Below are positions 38,301-51,829 of a DNA stretch of 64,000 bases, piece after piece (position 1 is the first letter of the stretch; every line of letters starts with the position of its first letter). The translations under genes and the position numbers were made by a program. Under the pieces are notes generated by a model. The model had not been told where the DNA came from, made no database searches, and worked only from the letters and a program-made list of their open reading frames with translations. The stretch is from Octopus vulgaris (Eukaryota): NCBI GenBank assembly GCA_951406725.2, contig OX597816.1:4774001-4838000 (forward strand), given 5' to 3'.

Positions 38301-39039
38301 TTGATGTGTGTGTCCCTCCCTTCCAGCAGGGCAATCTAGGCATTCACAGCAACACACTTGTTTTCTCTGTCCCTCTGTACTGTTAACCCCTCAATTGGTA
38401 CGAAGTCACCGCCTCCCCCCCCATTTCAATACTTCTCTCCCCTCCCAGATGAGGGGGGTGGGGGCTTTGCCTTGGTTTTAGTCATTATTGTAACAATGGA
38501 AGCACCACATATTCAAGAGACAACAAACAACTACGATACCCCATCTACACACACAGACACACACACACATTTGCAGGTCCCAAAACCCAAGACAAGGCAA
38601 ATGTAGCATAGATGTTTTGCTCTCAGTCTAGCCATAAACCTCCAGGGAATGAATTTGCTAGATTTTTCACAAAAAAACTGCAAGATAATTCTGGGTCTCT
38701 GAGAAGTCCTCAATGCTGGTATGATGGAAATAACTCAAGATTGGATGCCAAATTATACCAGGAACTGTTCTATCCTCAGTTTGAAGATAGAGGAATTATT
38801 GAAGCAGAAAGAACTGAGGGCATTGAAGAACACGTGATGGTTGAGTATACCGACGGATATTCAAGAGGTCTTTCATAAAAATGATTCCAAAATAAATTCT
38901 CAGCTTGATTTACCCTTCCTCAGAATTGCTAGTTTGGGGCCAAAACCTGAAGCCAGTTTAAGTTCCAATTATTATGGCAAGGTTCCAATCCAGGCCACAT
39001 CAACAAAGTCTACCAAATACCAGCTTATAGTTGCAAAAC

Positions 39040-39352
39040 ACACACACACACACACTCAAACATGCACACACAAGGAGACAGAGGTACACACACACACATA
39101 TATAAATGCACATGCACACACACACACACACACACACACACTTACATAAAAACATGCAAACACATAAATATGCAGAATACATACATACAAATGTACACAC
39201 ATAAATAGATACATATGCACACATGCACATAAATGCAAACACACACATGCATAATACATACATACATACATACATACAATACATACATACATACATACAT
39301 ACAATACATACATACGTACATACATACATACATACGTACATACATACATACA

Positions 39353-39386
<34 letters not shown>

Positions 39387-40160
39387 CATACATACATACA
39401 TACATACATACATACATACATACATACATAATACATACATACATACATACATACATACATACATACATACATACATAATACATACATACATACATACATA
39501 CATACATAATACATACATAATACATACAAACATACATACATTCATACATACATACATACATACATACATACATACATACACACATACATACATACATACA
39601 TACATAATACATACATACATACATACATACATACATACATACATACATACATACATACATACATACATGCATACATACATACATACATGCAAACACACAC
39701 ATATATAGATACATACATACATACATAATACATACATACATACATACATACATACATACATACATACATACATACATAATACATACAAACATACATACAT
39801 ACATACATACATACATACATACATACATACAAACATACATACATACATACATACATACATACATACATACATAATACATACATACATACATACATACATA
39901 CAAACATACATACATACATACATACATACATACATACATACATACATACATACATACATACATACATACATACATACATACATACATACATACATACATA
40001 CATACATACATACATACATAGATACATACATACATATATACATACATACATACATAGATACATACATACATACATACATACATACATACATACATACATA
40101 CATACACACATGCATGTATAGGCACACACACACACACTGACCCACACACATGCGCACAAA
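39040..40160. repeat. (TACA)n / (CA)n satellite
   Basis: Read directly. Confidence 0.95.
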
Positions 40161-40803
40161 CAAACAAAAAGTAATGCAGTATGAGTAACGGGCAGAGTCA
40201 AGACTATTGAAAAGGTTGCAAGACGCAACGGAAATTTTAGAAAAATAAAAAAAAGGTGGAAATCTACTGGTGAGTGTGTTAAATTATAAGGCACCAAAAG
40301 AGAATTACTCTCCCCAGACACAACAAAATATGCTTCAACACACGAACTCACATAAAAAATTTTGCAAACTAAATCCCAAAACGAAATGACAAAGGTGTTT
40401 TACTAAAATCTTTGTTATTTTCAAAGTTTATTAAAGACATTATATTTCAAAAGAAATGTAACAAAAAAGATTAATCAATGATACTGAAAATATTCTGAAG
40501 AGATGGGATGAAGAATTTCATCGATCGTTTGCTCAACTCATCAACAACAAACCAAAAGTCAAAGAAGACCAACCACAGATTCCTGATATTGAAGAAATGG
40601 AAAATAACCGAAACAGAGGAAGTCAAAATTTGTCATTAAAACAGTTTAACTTGGGAAAAACAAAAATCTTAGAATCTGATGGTTATATCGACTGGGGATA
40701 TTAATTATGATGGGAATATAATGAGAGATCATGTAGCTATAGAAATTGCTAATGTATGGAATGGCTCACCAGTTCCACAGAATTGGAGAGATGGTATACA
40801 GTA

Positions 40804-40974
40804 GGCGTAGGAGTGGCTGTGTGGTAAATAGCTTGCTTACTAACCACATGGTTCCGGGTTCAGTCTCACAGTGTGGCACCTTGAGCAAGTGTCTTCTACT
40901 ATAGCCTTGGGCCGACCAAAGCCTTGTGAGTGGATTTGGTAGATGGAAACTGAAAGAAGCCCGTTGTATATATG

Positions 40975-41005
<31 letters not shown>

Positions 41006-41209
41006 ATACGTTTGTATGTCTGTGTTTGTTCCCCGCAACATCGCTTGACAACTGGTGTGTTTACGTTCCTGTAATTTAGTGGTTCGGCAAAAGAGACTGA
41101 TAGAATAAGTACTAGGATTATAATGAATAAGTCCTGGGGTCGATTTGCTCGACTAAAGCCGTTGCTCCAGCATGGCCACAGTCAAATGACTAAAACGTGT
41201 AAAAGAGTA
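40804..41209 (+). mobile_element. SINE family B (CORE-type), full length
   Basis: ggcgtaggagtggctgtgtggtaa...ggttccgggttcagtc...gcaccttgagcaagtgtc. Confidence 0.88.
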
Positions 41210-41404
41210 GGATATCTCTTTACAAAAAGATACTAAATCCAACTAATAGTAGATTTTATACTTACAACAATCAATGAGATATTCACCGTAGAGTTATTAA
41301 ATTAACTGCAGATGTACTTATGCTCCAGTATTGCCACAGAATCTCACTGTGGTTTTAAATCAGATTATCTTTAAAGGCACAGGGATTAAATGCTATATTA
41401 GTTT

Positions 41405-41615
41405 AGTGAGCTGGCAGCCAGAATAATTAGCAGACAGAACAAATACTTCCCAACATTTTGTCTGTCTTTACATTCTGAGTTCGAATTCTACCAAGGTCAC
41501 CTTAGCCATACATCCTTTCAGGATTGTTGAAATAAGAACCAGGTGAGCTCTGAGGTGGACTTAATCAACTGATCCTCTGCCTCCACCAGAACGGGCCTTG
41601 TGCTTATAGTGGAAA
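41405..41615 (+). mobile_element. Degenerate SINE family A
   Basis: gagctggcag...ctgagttcgaattc...catcctttca. Confidence 0.6.
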
Positions 41616-41669
41616 AGATATTAGTTTAGCAGATTAATCTTGGCTATTTTGGAATAAATGCAATATTGG

Positions 41670-42625
41670 ATACTATTTGAAAATTTCACAAGGAGAGATA
41701 TTCAGCAACGGTACTTTGGAGTAAAGATTATTTGCCAACATAACATGGCAGTCCTGGTTTAGGACTAATGTTGCTGTAATTTAGCCCCAGGAGACATTGT
41801 CACCAGCTGGCTATACAACACGATCTGTGTCCTTATATTTTCGAACAAAGGAATCTAGCACCCCCACTCAGCTCAAAAATATAAGGACACAGATCGTGTC
41901 GTATAACCAGCTGGAGACGATGTCTCCTAGGGCTGCAACTGAAAACTGAGAGGTGGTGCTATCAAAAAGATCTAAAATTAGTTGGTCATTAAACAGGTAG
42001 ATATATGGATTAAAGATTGTTTGCCAACACAACATGGCAGTCCTGGTTTAGGATGAATGTTGCTGTAATTTAGCCCCAGGAGACATTGTCACCAGCTGGC
42101 TATACGACACGATCTGTGTCCTTATATTTTCGAACAAGGGCATCTAGCACCCCAACTAGTTCAAAACAATATCTGTGTATCGCAATTCCTGGGTTATTTC
42201 CCTTCATCAGCACAGAATAATTGTTCGGCTAGAGGTGGTGTTCGAAATATATAGTTTTCATAGTGACAACTAGTCACTGATCTATTAATTGGAAAATTAC
42301 TATTTTTAAATCACACAACAAGAGATATTCAGCAACGGTACTTTAGAGTAAAGATTGTTTGCCAACATAACATGGCAGTCCTGGTTTAGGACGAATGTTG
42401 CTGTAATTTAGCCCCAGAAGACATCGTCTCCAGCTGGCTATATGACACAATCTGTGTCCTTATATTTTCGAACAAGGGAATCTAGTACCCCAACTCAGCT
42501 CAAAAATATAAGGACACAGATCGTGTCGTGTAGCCAGCTGGAGACAATGTCTCCTGGGGCTAAATTACAGTAACATTCCTCCTAAACCAGAATGTCCATG
42601 TTATGTTGGCAAACAATCTTTACTT
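41670..42625 (-). mobile_element. Tandem/fold-back non-coding element cluster (~339-bp monomer) with hammerhead motif at 42173-42215
   Basis: Arm aaagatt(a/g)tttgccaac...ctgtgtccttatattttcgaacaa three times (41724, 42012, 42351) with inverted copies (~41875-41935, ~42505-42622); minus strand CUGUG-CUGAUGA-AGGG AAAUAA CCCA-GGAA-UUGCGA-UA-CACAG. Confidence 0.75.
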
Positions 42626-42859
42626 CAAATACAATATTGTAGTAAACCAACATGATTTACCCTTTATATGAGAATGGAACAAGCAGAACAAGAGCACACA
42701 TGAAGATGGAAAGTGTCACTGAGGAGGTCACAGATGAGTGACGAAAGATTTCCAGACAATGGACAGGAGTTAGAATAAGAACAGTAATAAAGGAGTGTAG
42801 AGTGGATATATAGTGTATGTGTTTATTTGGCAAAATAAATAAATAAATAACCATTCTGA

Positions 42860-43040
42860 AATACAACAATATCTGTTTGAACACACGGCATCAGGAATCA
42901 TACATTATTTACATTTGATGGATATTTGTCCTTATCTTGTTTGTTGTTAACACAACGTTTCTGCTGATATACCCTCCAGCCATCAGGTGTCTTGGGAAAA
43001 TTTCAAACCTGGGTTCTAATTCTTAAGAATGTTGTTATTA

Positions 43041-43075
<35 letters not shown>

Positions 43076-43575
43076 ATCACTGCCTGGAATTGAACTCAGA
43101 ATCTTGGAGTTAGTAGCCAACGCTCTTAACCACTACGCCATATGCCTGTGGGCAATTATGGAGTGAATTTTAAGGCTTATAAATCTAATATTTTCCTATC
43201 CTTCCTTAATACCGGTTCCCATATGCTGTTCATATCTGCACTCGGTCTGCTTTGGAGGTTGTTGTGTCCTAGCATATGTGCTGCTTCTTTTAGTTTTCGT
43301 ATTTTCCAGTGGTGTTTCTCTGTCTATTTTTTTAACTTCCTCCCACAGCGGGATGTGATCTCCATTTTTCCATACATGATCAGCTATACCCAATTTCTCC
43401 TCATGTCACAGCTTTGTGATGTTCCTCTACCCTTATTTTGAGGGGGCGGCATGTTTCCCCTTTGTATAAGATACATGGGATGGAGTACACGCAGTTTTCA
43501 GTCATATTCTCTTCTATTGGTGGTTTTACTTGAAGGAAATATTCGCAAAGTGTTGTATTACTCTTGAATCATGCA
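42860..43575 (-). mobile_element. Penelope/Poseidon-like element 3' fragment: GIY-YIG endonuclease plus pseudo-LTR with decayed hammerhead
   Basis: NCVYSIPC.LYKGETCRPLKIRVEEHHKAV*, then ADHVWKNGDHIPLWEEVK.IDRE; ACAC-CUGAUG-GCUG..CAGC-A-GAAA-CGUU-GUGU at 42950-42990; tRNA-like piece at 43075-43150. Confidence 0.75.
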
Positions 43576-43620
43576 ACAGAAATAGATAAACTTAACTTCA
43601 TTCTTTCCTTTCCCTATATT

Positions 43621-44724
43621 CATCATCATCATCATCATTTAACATCCGTTTTCCGTGCTAGCATGGGTTGGATGGTTCGACCGGGGTCTGGGCTCCAGTC
43701 TGATCTGGCAGTGTTTCTACAGCTGGATGCCCTTCCGAACACCAACCAATCTGTGAGTGTAGTGGGTGCTTTTTACGTGCTACTAGCACAGGTGCCAGGT
43801 GAGGCTGGCAACGGCCCTGATTGGTTGGTGCTTTTTACGTGTCACCAGCACGGAAGCCAGTCAAGGTGGCGCTGGCATTGGCCACGTTTGGATGGTGCTT
43901 TTTACGTGTCACCAGCACGGAAGCCAGTCAAGGTGGCGCTGGCATTGGCCACGTTTGGATGGTGCTTTTACGTGTCACCAGCACGGAAGCCAGTCAAGGT
44001 GGCGCTGGCATTGGCCACGTTTGGATGGTGCTTTTTACGTGTCACCAGCACGGAAGCCAGTCAAGGTGGCGCTGGCATTGGCCACGTTTGGATGGTGCTT
44101 TTTACGTGTCACCAGCACGGAAGCCAGTCAAGGTGGCGCTGGCATTGGCCACGTTTGGATGGTGCTTTACGTGTCACCAGCACGGAAGCCAGTCAAGGTG
44201 GCGCTGGCATTGGCCACATTTGGATGGTGCTTTTTACGTGTCACCAGCACGGAAGCCAGTCAAGGTGGCGCTGGCATTGGCCACGTTTGGATGGTGCTTT
44301 TTACGTGTCACCAGCACGGAAGCCAGTCAAGGTGGCGCTGGCATTGGCCACGTTTGGATGGTGCTTTTACGTGTCACCAGCACGGAAGCCAGTCAAGGTG
44401 GCGCTGGCATTGGCCACATTTGGATGGTGCTTTTTACGTGTCACCAGCACGGAAGCCAGTCAAGGTGGCGCTGGCATTGGCCACATTTGGATGGTGCTTT
44501 TACGTGTCACCAGCACGGAAGCCAGTCAAGGTGGCGCTGGCATTGGCCACATTTGGATGGTGCTTTTTACGTGTCACCAGCACGGAAGCCAGTCAAGGTG
44601 GCGCTGGCATTGGCCACGTTTGGATGGTGCTTTTTATGTGCCACCAGCACAGATAGCAAATCTACAATTTCCATTTGATTTTTTTATGTTGATGTACTTG
44701 ACTCAATAGGTCTCCTCATGCACA

Positions 44725-44725
<1 letters not shown>
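43621..44725 (-). mobile_element. RTE 3' UTR/tail (family C) carrying an expanded 67-bp array
   Basis: Family C sequence on both sides of the array. Confidence 0.85.
43827..44625. repeat. Minisatellite: 12 near-identical 65-67 bp units
   Basis: ggtgctttttacgtgtcaccagcacggaagccagtcaaggtggcgctggcattggccac(g/a)tttggat x12, no spacers. Confidence 0.95.
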
Positions 44726-44765
<40 letters not shown>

Positions 44766-44766
44766 T

Positions 44767-45060
44767 TATCATCATCATCATTGTTTAACGTCCGCTTTCC
44801 ATGCTAGCATGGGTTGGACAAGTTTGACTGAGGGCTGGCGAGCCATGAGGCTGCACCATGCTCCAATCTGATCTGGCAGAGCTTCCACAGCCAGATGCCC
44901 TTCCTAACGCCAACCACTCTGAGAGTGCAGTGGGTACTTTTACGTGCCACCTGTACGAGGGCCAGTCTGGCGGTACTAGCTACGGCCACACTCAAAATGG
45001 TATTTCTTTGTTTGCCACCTGAAGAGGAGTCAGTCCAGCGGCACTGGCAATGACAGCGGC
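44767..45060 (-). mobile_element. RTE 3' tail (family C)
   Basis: Family C sequence. Confidence 0.8.
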
Positions 45061-45887
45061 ACTTAATTTCAAATTCTACTTTGGTAGTACTTGTCACACT
45101 AGAAACTAAAAAAGCAAATACCAGTAATATTCTGGTGTCCGTTCATTTCTAGTGTATTCCTTTCCCATAAATTGTCACCTTTGTTCTTCCATAACCAATT
45201 CCAATGTCCCACACTAAATCTGATGGTCTTATTAAACTCTCAGAATATAACATGACACTGAATGGTCGTTCAGAAGTTGTTAATCATGTGATATTTAAAC
45301 ACTTCATTAGTTGCACTTTATTTCTCTATTTCTTCTTCTTCTTTTTTTTTCTTCTTCTCCTAAAGGTAGACAAAGGCAGCTGCCAGAATTGTCTGAGAGT
45401 TTATAAGATTAAAAAAAAATGAAAATTCTATAGATAAAATTTGGATTCTGAATTACCAGTGACACCAAATGTTGCTTTTGTTGAAATTATTATTTTCCGC
45501 TCAACAAAACTGCACCGTTTTCTTTTCTTTTTTTTTTCTTATATTTTATTTTATTTATTTCAATTCCTAACAAATTTGTTATCATTTAAGTGACGGATGT
45601 TTTTGAATAATTTCCATCTTTAGAATTGGTTTTGTCTTGTGTCAGAAAGTGTCGGGAAGTTGTTGACAGCAACAGTTATATCTTATTTGAATTTTTCGCT
45701 TCTTTAAATAAAGCAAAATTTTGCTATTTATCTTGAACAGCAGTAAAGCAATAAGCCAGGGAAAGAGAGATCTTTAATTGTTTGTTAGATCTGCTAGAAA
45801 TAGCAGCTAAATCATCTTTAAGCTGCACCATATCGTTCAAATAAAAGTCTATGAGTTAAAAAACGATGTAGTCCAAGATAAACACAG

Positions 45888-46065
45888 GTGCAGAAGTGGT
45901 TTTTGGGATAAAAAGTTTGTTTCTCAACCTCATGGTTCCAGGTTCAGTCCCACTGCGTGTCACTTTGGGCAAGTGTCTTCTACTACAGCCTCAGGCTGAC
46001 CAAAGCCTTGTGACTGGATTTGGTAGATGGAAACTGAAAGAAGCTTGTCATACCTACATGCAGTG

Positions 46066-46098
<33 letters not shown>

Positions 46099-46260
46099 TT
46101 ATCTTCCACCACTGCTTGACAACTGGTGTTAGTTTGTTTACATCCTTGCAACTTAGCAGTTTGGCAAAAGAGACTGATAGAATTCTAAAAAATGTACTGG
46201 GGTCAATTCAAGATGATGCCCCAGCATGGTCGCACTCTAATGGCTGAATCAAGTAAAAGA
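45888..46260 (+). mobile_element. SINE family B
   Basis: ggttccaggttcagtccc...ttgggcaagtgtcttctact. Confidence 0.8.
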
Positions 46261-46464
46261 CAGTATAACTGAAAAGCAGACAGAATAATCTTTGATCATA
46301 GGTGAGCTCAATATGAGTATACCTAGGGCTAAAAAAACAACAACAACAACCAGTTGCAAACATGCTGATGAAGAAATAGCAGCCAATTTGCTCTCAAATC
46401 CCCCAGTGACCATCTTAAAAAGAAAGGCTAATGTAGTCTAAGGTATACTATGCCTAAGGTGGAA

Positions 46465-46703
46465 GGCGGCGAGCTGGCAGAATCGTTAGCACACCAGGCG
46501 AAATGCGTAGCCATATTTTGTCTGCCGCTACGTTCTGAGTTCAAATTCCCCCGAGGTTGACTTTGCCTTTCATCCTTTCGGGATCAATTAAATAAGTACT
46601 AGTTACACACTGGGGTCGATATAATCGACTTAATACCTATGTCTGTCCTTGTTTGTCCTCTCTGTGTTTGGCTCCTTGTGGGCAATAAAGAAATAGAAAT
46701 AGG
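46465..46703 (+). mobile_element. SINE family A
   Basis: Family A sequence. Confidence 0.88.
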
Positions 46704-46809
46704 AATGGTCAGTGTGGAACAACTTTTGATCATGATTCTGCTTGGTCAGAGATGGCCAAAAGCTAAACAACAACATCAAGCTATAAACCATTTTCCAGAG
46801 TTTATTCCA

Positions 46810-47202
46810 TTCTTTTACTTGTTTCAGTTATTTGAGTGTTGCCAAGCTGGAGCACCACATTAGTCGAGCCAATCGACCCCAGTACTTATTCTTTGTAAGC
46901 CTAGTACTTATTCTGTCCGTCTCTGTTGCCAAACTGCTAGGTTACAGGGATGTAAACACACCAACATCGGTTGTCAAGTGATGGTGGGGAGACAAACACA
47001 GACACACAAACACACACAGACATATATATATGTATATATGTCGGGCTTCTTTCAGTTTCCATCTACCAAATCCACTCGCAAGTTTTTGGTCAGCCCAAGG
47101 CTATAGTAGAAGACACTGGCCCAAGGTGCCAAGCAGTGGAACTGAACCTGGAACCACTTGGTTGGTAAGCAGGCTACTTACCACACAGCCAAACCTGCAC
47201 CT
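46810..47202 (-). mobile_element. SINE family B
   Basis: Reverse complement of family B. Confidence 0.85.
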
Positions 47203-47257
47203 ACTTATGCATTTTTGTTTTAAGCATGGCAAATGTGAAGTTTGTAGAAGATTTGGT

Positions 47258-47715
47258 TACTATTTCTTATTTCTTTAGTGCCCACGAGGAGTTATATACA
47301 GAGAGGACAAACAAGGACAGACAAAGGGATTAAGTCGATTACATCGACCCCAGTTCGTAAGTGGTACTTATTTAATCGACCCGAAAAGCATGAAAGGCAA
47401 AGTCGACCTCAGCGGAATTGGAACTCAGAACGTAAAGACAGACGAATATACGCTAAACATTTCATCCGGCGTGCTAACGTTTCTTATTTCTTTATTGCCC
47501 ACAAGGGGCTAAACATAGAAGGAACAAACAAGGACAGACAAAGGAATTAAGCCAATTACATCGACCCCAGTGTGTAACTGGTACTTAATTTATTGACCCC
47601 GAAATGATGAAAGGCAAAGTCGACCTCGGTGGAATTTGAACTCAGAACGTAAAGACAGACAAAATACCGCTAAGCATTTCGCCTGGCGTGCTAACGTTTC
47701 TGCCAGCTCGCCACC
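47258..47715 (-). mobile_element. SINE family A tandem dimer
   Basis: Two successive family A bodies. Confidence 0.85.
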
Positions 47716-48684
47716 TTTGGCTACTATTTCTAGCAATTGAAAGACATCACAAGAGATTGTTTCAGTCACTTTTTCCTAAAACCATTAATTTTTTTCTGCC
47801 CAAGTCAGCACCTGTGTGAGAGGCTAATGGCAAGGTGTTCAGTGTTCTAAGCTGGATATAGGGATTATCTCTTGGTATTAAAACAGATTACCTTTGCTAA
47901 TAATTAATTCAAAATAATATAAAATGGGAAATACATGTTCAGAAATATGGGAGCAATCATCAGTGGATTCCTTAATTAAAAATGTAATTATAGGAAGGTG
48001 GGGGAGAAAAAGTGGAGGAGAGGGTGAAGCAGGGGAGGGGATGATGAGGAGAAAGGGGTGGAAGGGAGGAAAGGAAGAAGTGGTGGTGGAAGGTGGGGAG
48101 ATGGAAGGTGAAGAGGCAGAAGGTGAGGAGGTGGTGAAGGAGAAGGTAGTGGTGGAGGCAGAGGAGGAGGTGGTGGTTCAGGAGGAGGGACGGGGAGGAA
48201 GAGGGTGGTGGTGGTAGCAGCAGTGGGTGACGGGCAGTTATGGTTGATGGTGACAATGATGATGATGATGATGATGCTGTTGCTGCTGTTGATGATGATG
48301 GTGCTCATGCCAATGAGGATGATGATGATGCTGGTGTTGATTCACGGCACCAACCACAAAGTCTGAAGGCCACAGACCATTCTTACGAAGTCGAATTCTT
48401 TGACTCCCCCACGCCCTGCCCACCACCTGAATCCTTAATATTCCAACAGATAATCCCTATTGCCATTAATCCCTAGCAATCAGCGCTTATACACGAAGAT
48501 GCGCCACCCGAGAATTATCTCTTTCGGAACTCTTTATGTTCTGGTTAAGTTATTAATTAAGCTCCTCGTTAGGCCATTGTAAAACCTTGCAGACTAATTA
48601 GACGTGTGAGGCTATTATTAAGAGATGTCATCTGAATCGGTTTCACAGCGAACAGGGTCAATCGAGATGCACATAAAACTGTCA

Positions 48685-49481
48685 CACACACACACGCATA
48701 TATGCATGCATGCAACATACACACACACGTGCACACAATGCACATGTGCACAAATGCATATGCACACAAATGCACATGTGCACACTCACACAGATACACA
48801 CAGAGACACATATACAAATGCATACACATATACACACACAGAGAGACAGACAAATGCATGCGCACACTCACACAGATACACACAGACACATATACAAACG
48901 CATACACTCATACACACACATATACACACACACAGAGGCACACAAATGCATGCACACATTCTCACACATACACACACACATATAAACATACACACACTCA
49001 TACATAGACATATATACACGCACACATGCACACACATATATACACACACAGGCACACAAATGCACGTGCACACACTCACACATACACACACATATACACA
49101 TACACACACTCATACACACACTCATAGACACATATATACATGCACACATACACATGCACAGATACACACACACCAATGCACATGCACTCACTCACACATA
49201 GAAACACATATACACATACACACATACATATACACATACACATACATATACACACATATACTCACACACACAGGCACACAAGTGCACGCACACACACTCA
49301 CACATACACACACACACACACACAGGTTTGCCAACTGGCCTCCCTCAAAGTCACCTTCTGCAGACACAGGACAGAGAGAGACATGGCTTCTTAACAGAGA
49401 TATTCTCACAGACAATATGTGTACCCACCCCACCCCTCAACCGTTCACAGTTTATTCTTCCCTGCTCCAATACATCACCAC

Positions 49482-49512
<31 letters not shown>

Positions 49513-50825
49513 ACCTCTTCTCCTTCCTCCTCCTCCTCATCATCATCATCATCAACCTCCTCTCCTTGTTCCTCCTCATCATCATTGTCATCGCCGTCAT
49601 CATTGACATTATCATCATCATCATTGTCGTCATCATCATCATCATCATCATTGTCATTGTCATCATCATCATCATCATCAACCTCCTCTCCTTCCTCCTC
49701 TTCCTCCGCCTCCTCCTCTTCTTCCGCCTCCTCCTCCCCTTCCCCTTCCCCTTCCTCTTCCTCCGCCTCCTCCTCCGCCTCCTCCTCCTCCTCCTCATCA
49801 TCATTGTCATCGCTGTCATCATTTACATCATCATCACCATCATTGTCGTCATCCTCCTCCTCCTCCTCATCATCATCATTGTCATGACTGTCATCATTGA
49901 CATCATCATCACCATCATCATCATCGTCATCATCATCATTAGCCTAATTATATTTAAAGACCCATTTCCCATTCAATATTCTATTAAACCACTTTGCATG
50001 GATCTGTTCAGTTTTGCTCACAGATTAAAAAATTCTGTTTTTGTAACAAAACAGTTTGAAACTTCGTATATTGGTATAATTTCTTACACTCAACACGGTT
50101 TACCTTCAACATTTTTTGACAAAATTTCGTATTTTAGAAGTTATTTCATGTTAAAGTTGTCATATTTGGGTAAATTTTAACCAATCAAAGATGGGTATTC
50201 AGTTGAAGAAAACTCCTGCTTCCCGGTGGTAGTGGTGGTGGTGGTGATGGTGGTGGTGGTAGTGGTGGTGGTGGTAGTGGTGGTAGTGGTGGGGATGGTG
50301 GTGGTGGTAATGGTGGTGATGGTGGTGGTAGTGGTGGTTGTGGTGGTGGTGGTGATGGTGGTGGTGATGGTGGTGGTGGTGGTGATGGTGGTGGTGGTGA
50401 TGGTGGTGGTGGTGGTGGTGGTGGTGGTGGTGGTGGTTGTGGAGGTGGTGGTGATGGTGGTGGTGGTGGTTGTGGTGGTGGTGTTGGTGATGGTGGTCGT
50501 GGTCGTGGTGGTAATGGTGGTGGTGGTGGTGGTGTGGTGGTGATGGTGGTGATGGTGGTGGTGATGGTAGTAGTGGTGGTGATGATGATGGTGGTGATGG
50601 TGGTCGTGGTGATGGTGGGTGGTGGTGGTGATGATGGTGGTGGTGGTGGTGGTGGTGGTGGTGGTGGTGGTAGTGGTTGTGGTGGTGGTTGTGGTGGTGA
50701 TGGTGGTGGTAGTGGTGGTGATGGTGGTGACAGTGGTGGTGATGGTGGTAGTGTTGGTGATGGTGGTGACAGTGGTGGTGATGGTGGTAGTGGTGGTGAT
50801 GATGATGGTGGTGGTGGTGTTGGTG
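48685..50825. repeat. (CA)-rich, (TCA)/(TCC)n and (GGT)n microsatellite fields
   Basis: Read directly. Confidence 0.9.
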
Positions 50826-50929
50826 AAAATCAAGATTCAGTCAGCATGCCGTTTAATGTCAATAATGCTTGGTTTATTTCTGGATTGGATAGGGAAGCGA
50901 TGACGGAGCCATGCTGATGTCCTATCAAA

Positions 50930-51120
50930 TTCTTTGATACCTGAGAGAAGCTGTCGTATGAAGATTGTCCAGTGACATTTGATTCGGTCTCAAGTCAGCA
51001 GAGGAATAAGTGTGGAAACATAATCCATGCCTTTCAGATCATATGACAAGACATTCTACCTCGTTATCTTTGAATTACATTTAATTGGAGGATCGTTTAC
51101 ATAAATTGCTTAAGGTAAGA
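50930..51120 (+). mobile_element. Highly decayed CR1-like ORF2 remnant
   Basis: LSYED...GNIIHAFQII resembles LSYEERL...RGDLI..FKI. Confidence 0.3.
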
Positions 51121-51289
51121 TACAACAAAGTGAAAAACCTTCTTGAATATGGTCCATGCTAATTAGAAGATATCTATTAATTAATTGATGAAAATGGTTC
51201 CGGGTTCAGTCCTACTGTGTGGCACCCTGGGCAAATATCTTCTACTATAGACTCAGGATTTGATAGGCAGAACTGAAAGAAGCTTGTCG

Positions 51290-51335
<46 letters not shown>

Positions 51336-51341
51336 CATACA

Positions 51342-51484
<143 letters not shown>

Positions 51485-51605
51485 TTTATTTTAAGCAGCA
51501 GAAAATTCAACAAAATCTGAATTTTCTGCTGCTTAAAATATTACTCTACCACTGGTATTTGAGTACTCTTTTTTCCACCTTGTTTCACATTTATGTGTTT
51601 ACTCC

Positions 51606-51707
<102 letters not shown>

Positions 51708-51829
51708 TTGCAAGATTTTTTATGTGAAATCGTGTGTTGAAACAGATATTGTTGTATTTAGGAATGGTCATTTTGCCAGTTTAGTCAATAAAAACACATG
51801 CACTACATAATAATAATAATAATAATAAT

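Noticed and set aside
43827-44625. CRISPR-like array, and the 285-381 aa ORFs over it
   Set aside because: Units are contiguous with no unique spacers, there are no cas genes, and the context is a eukaryotic LINE UTR; the ORFs are by-products of the repeat.
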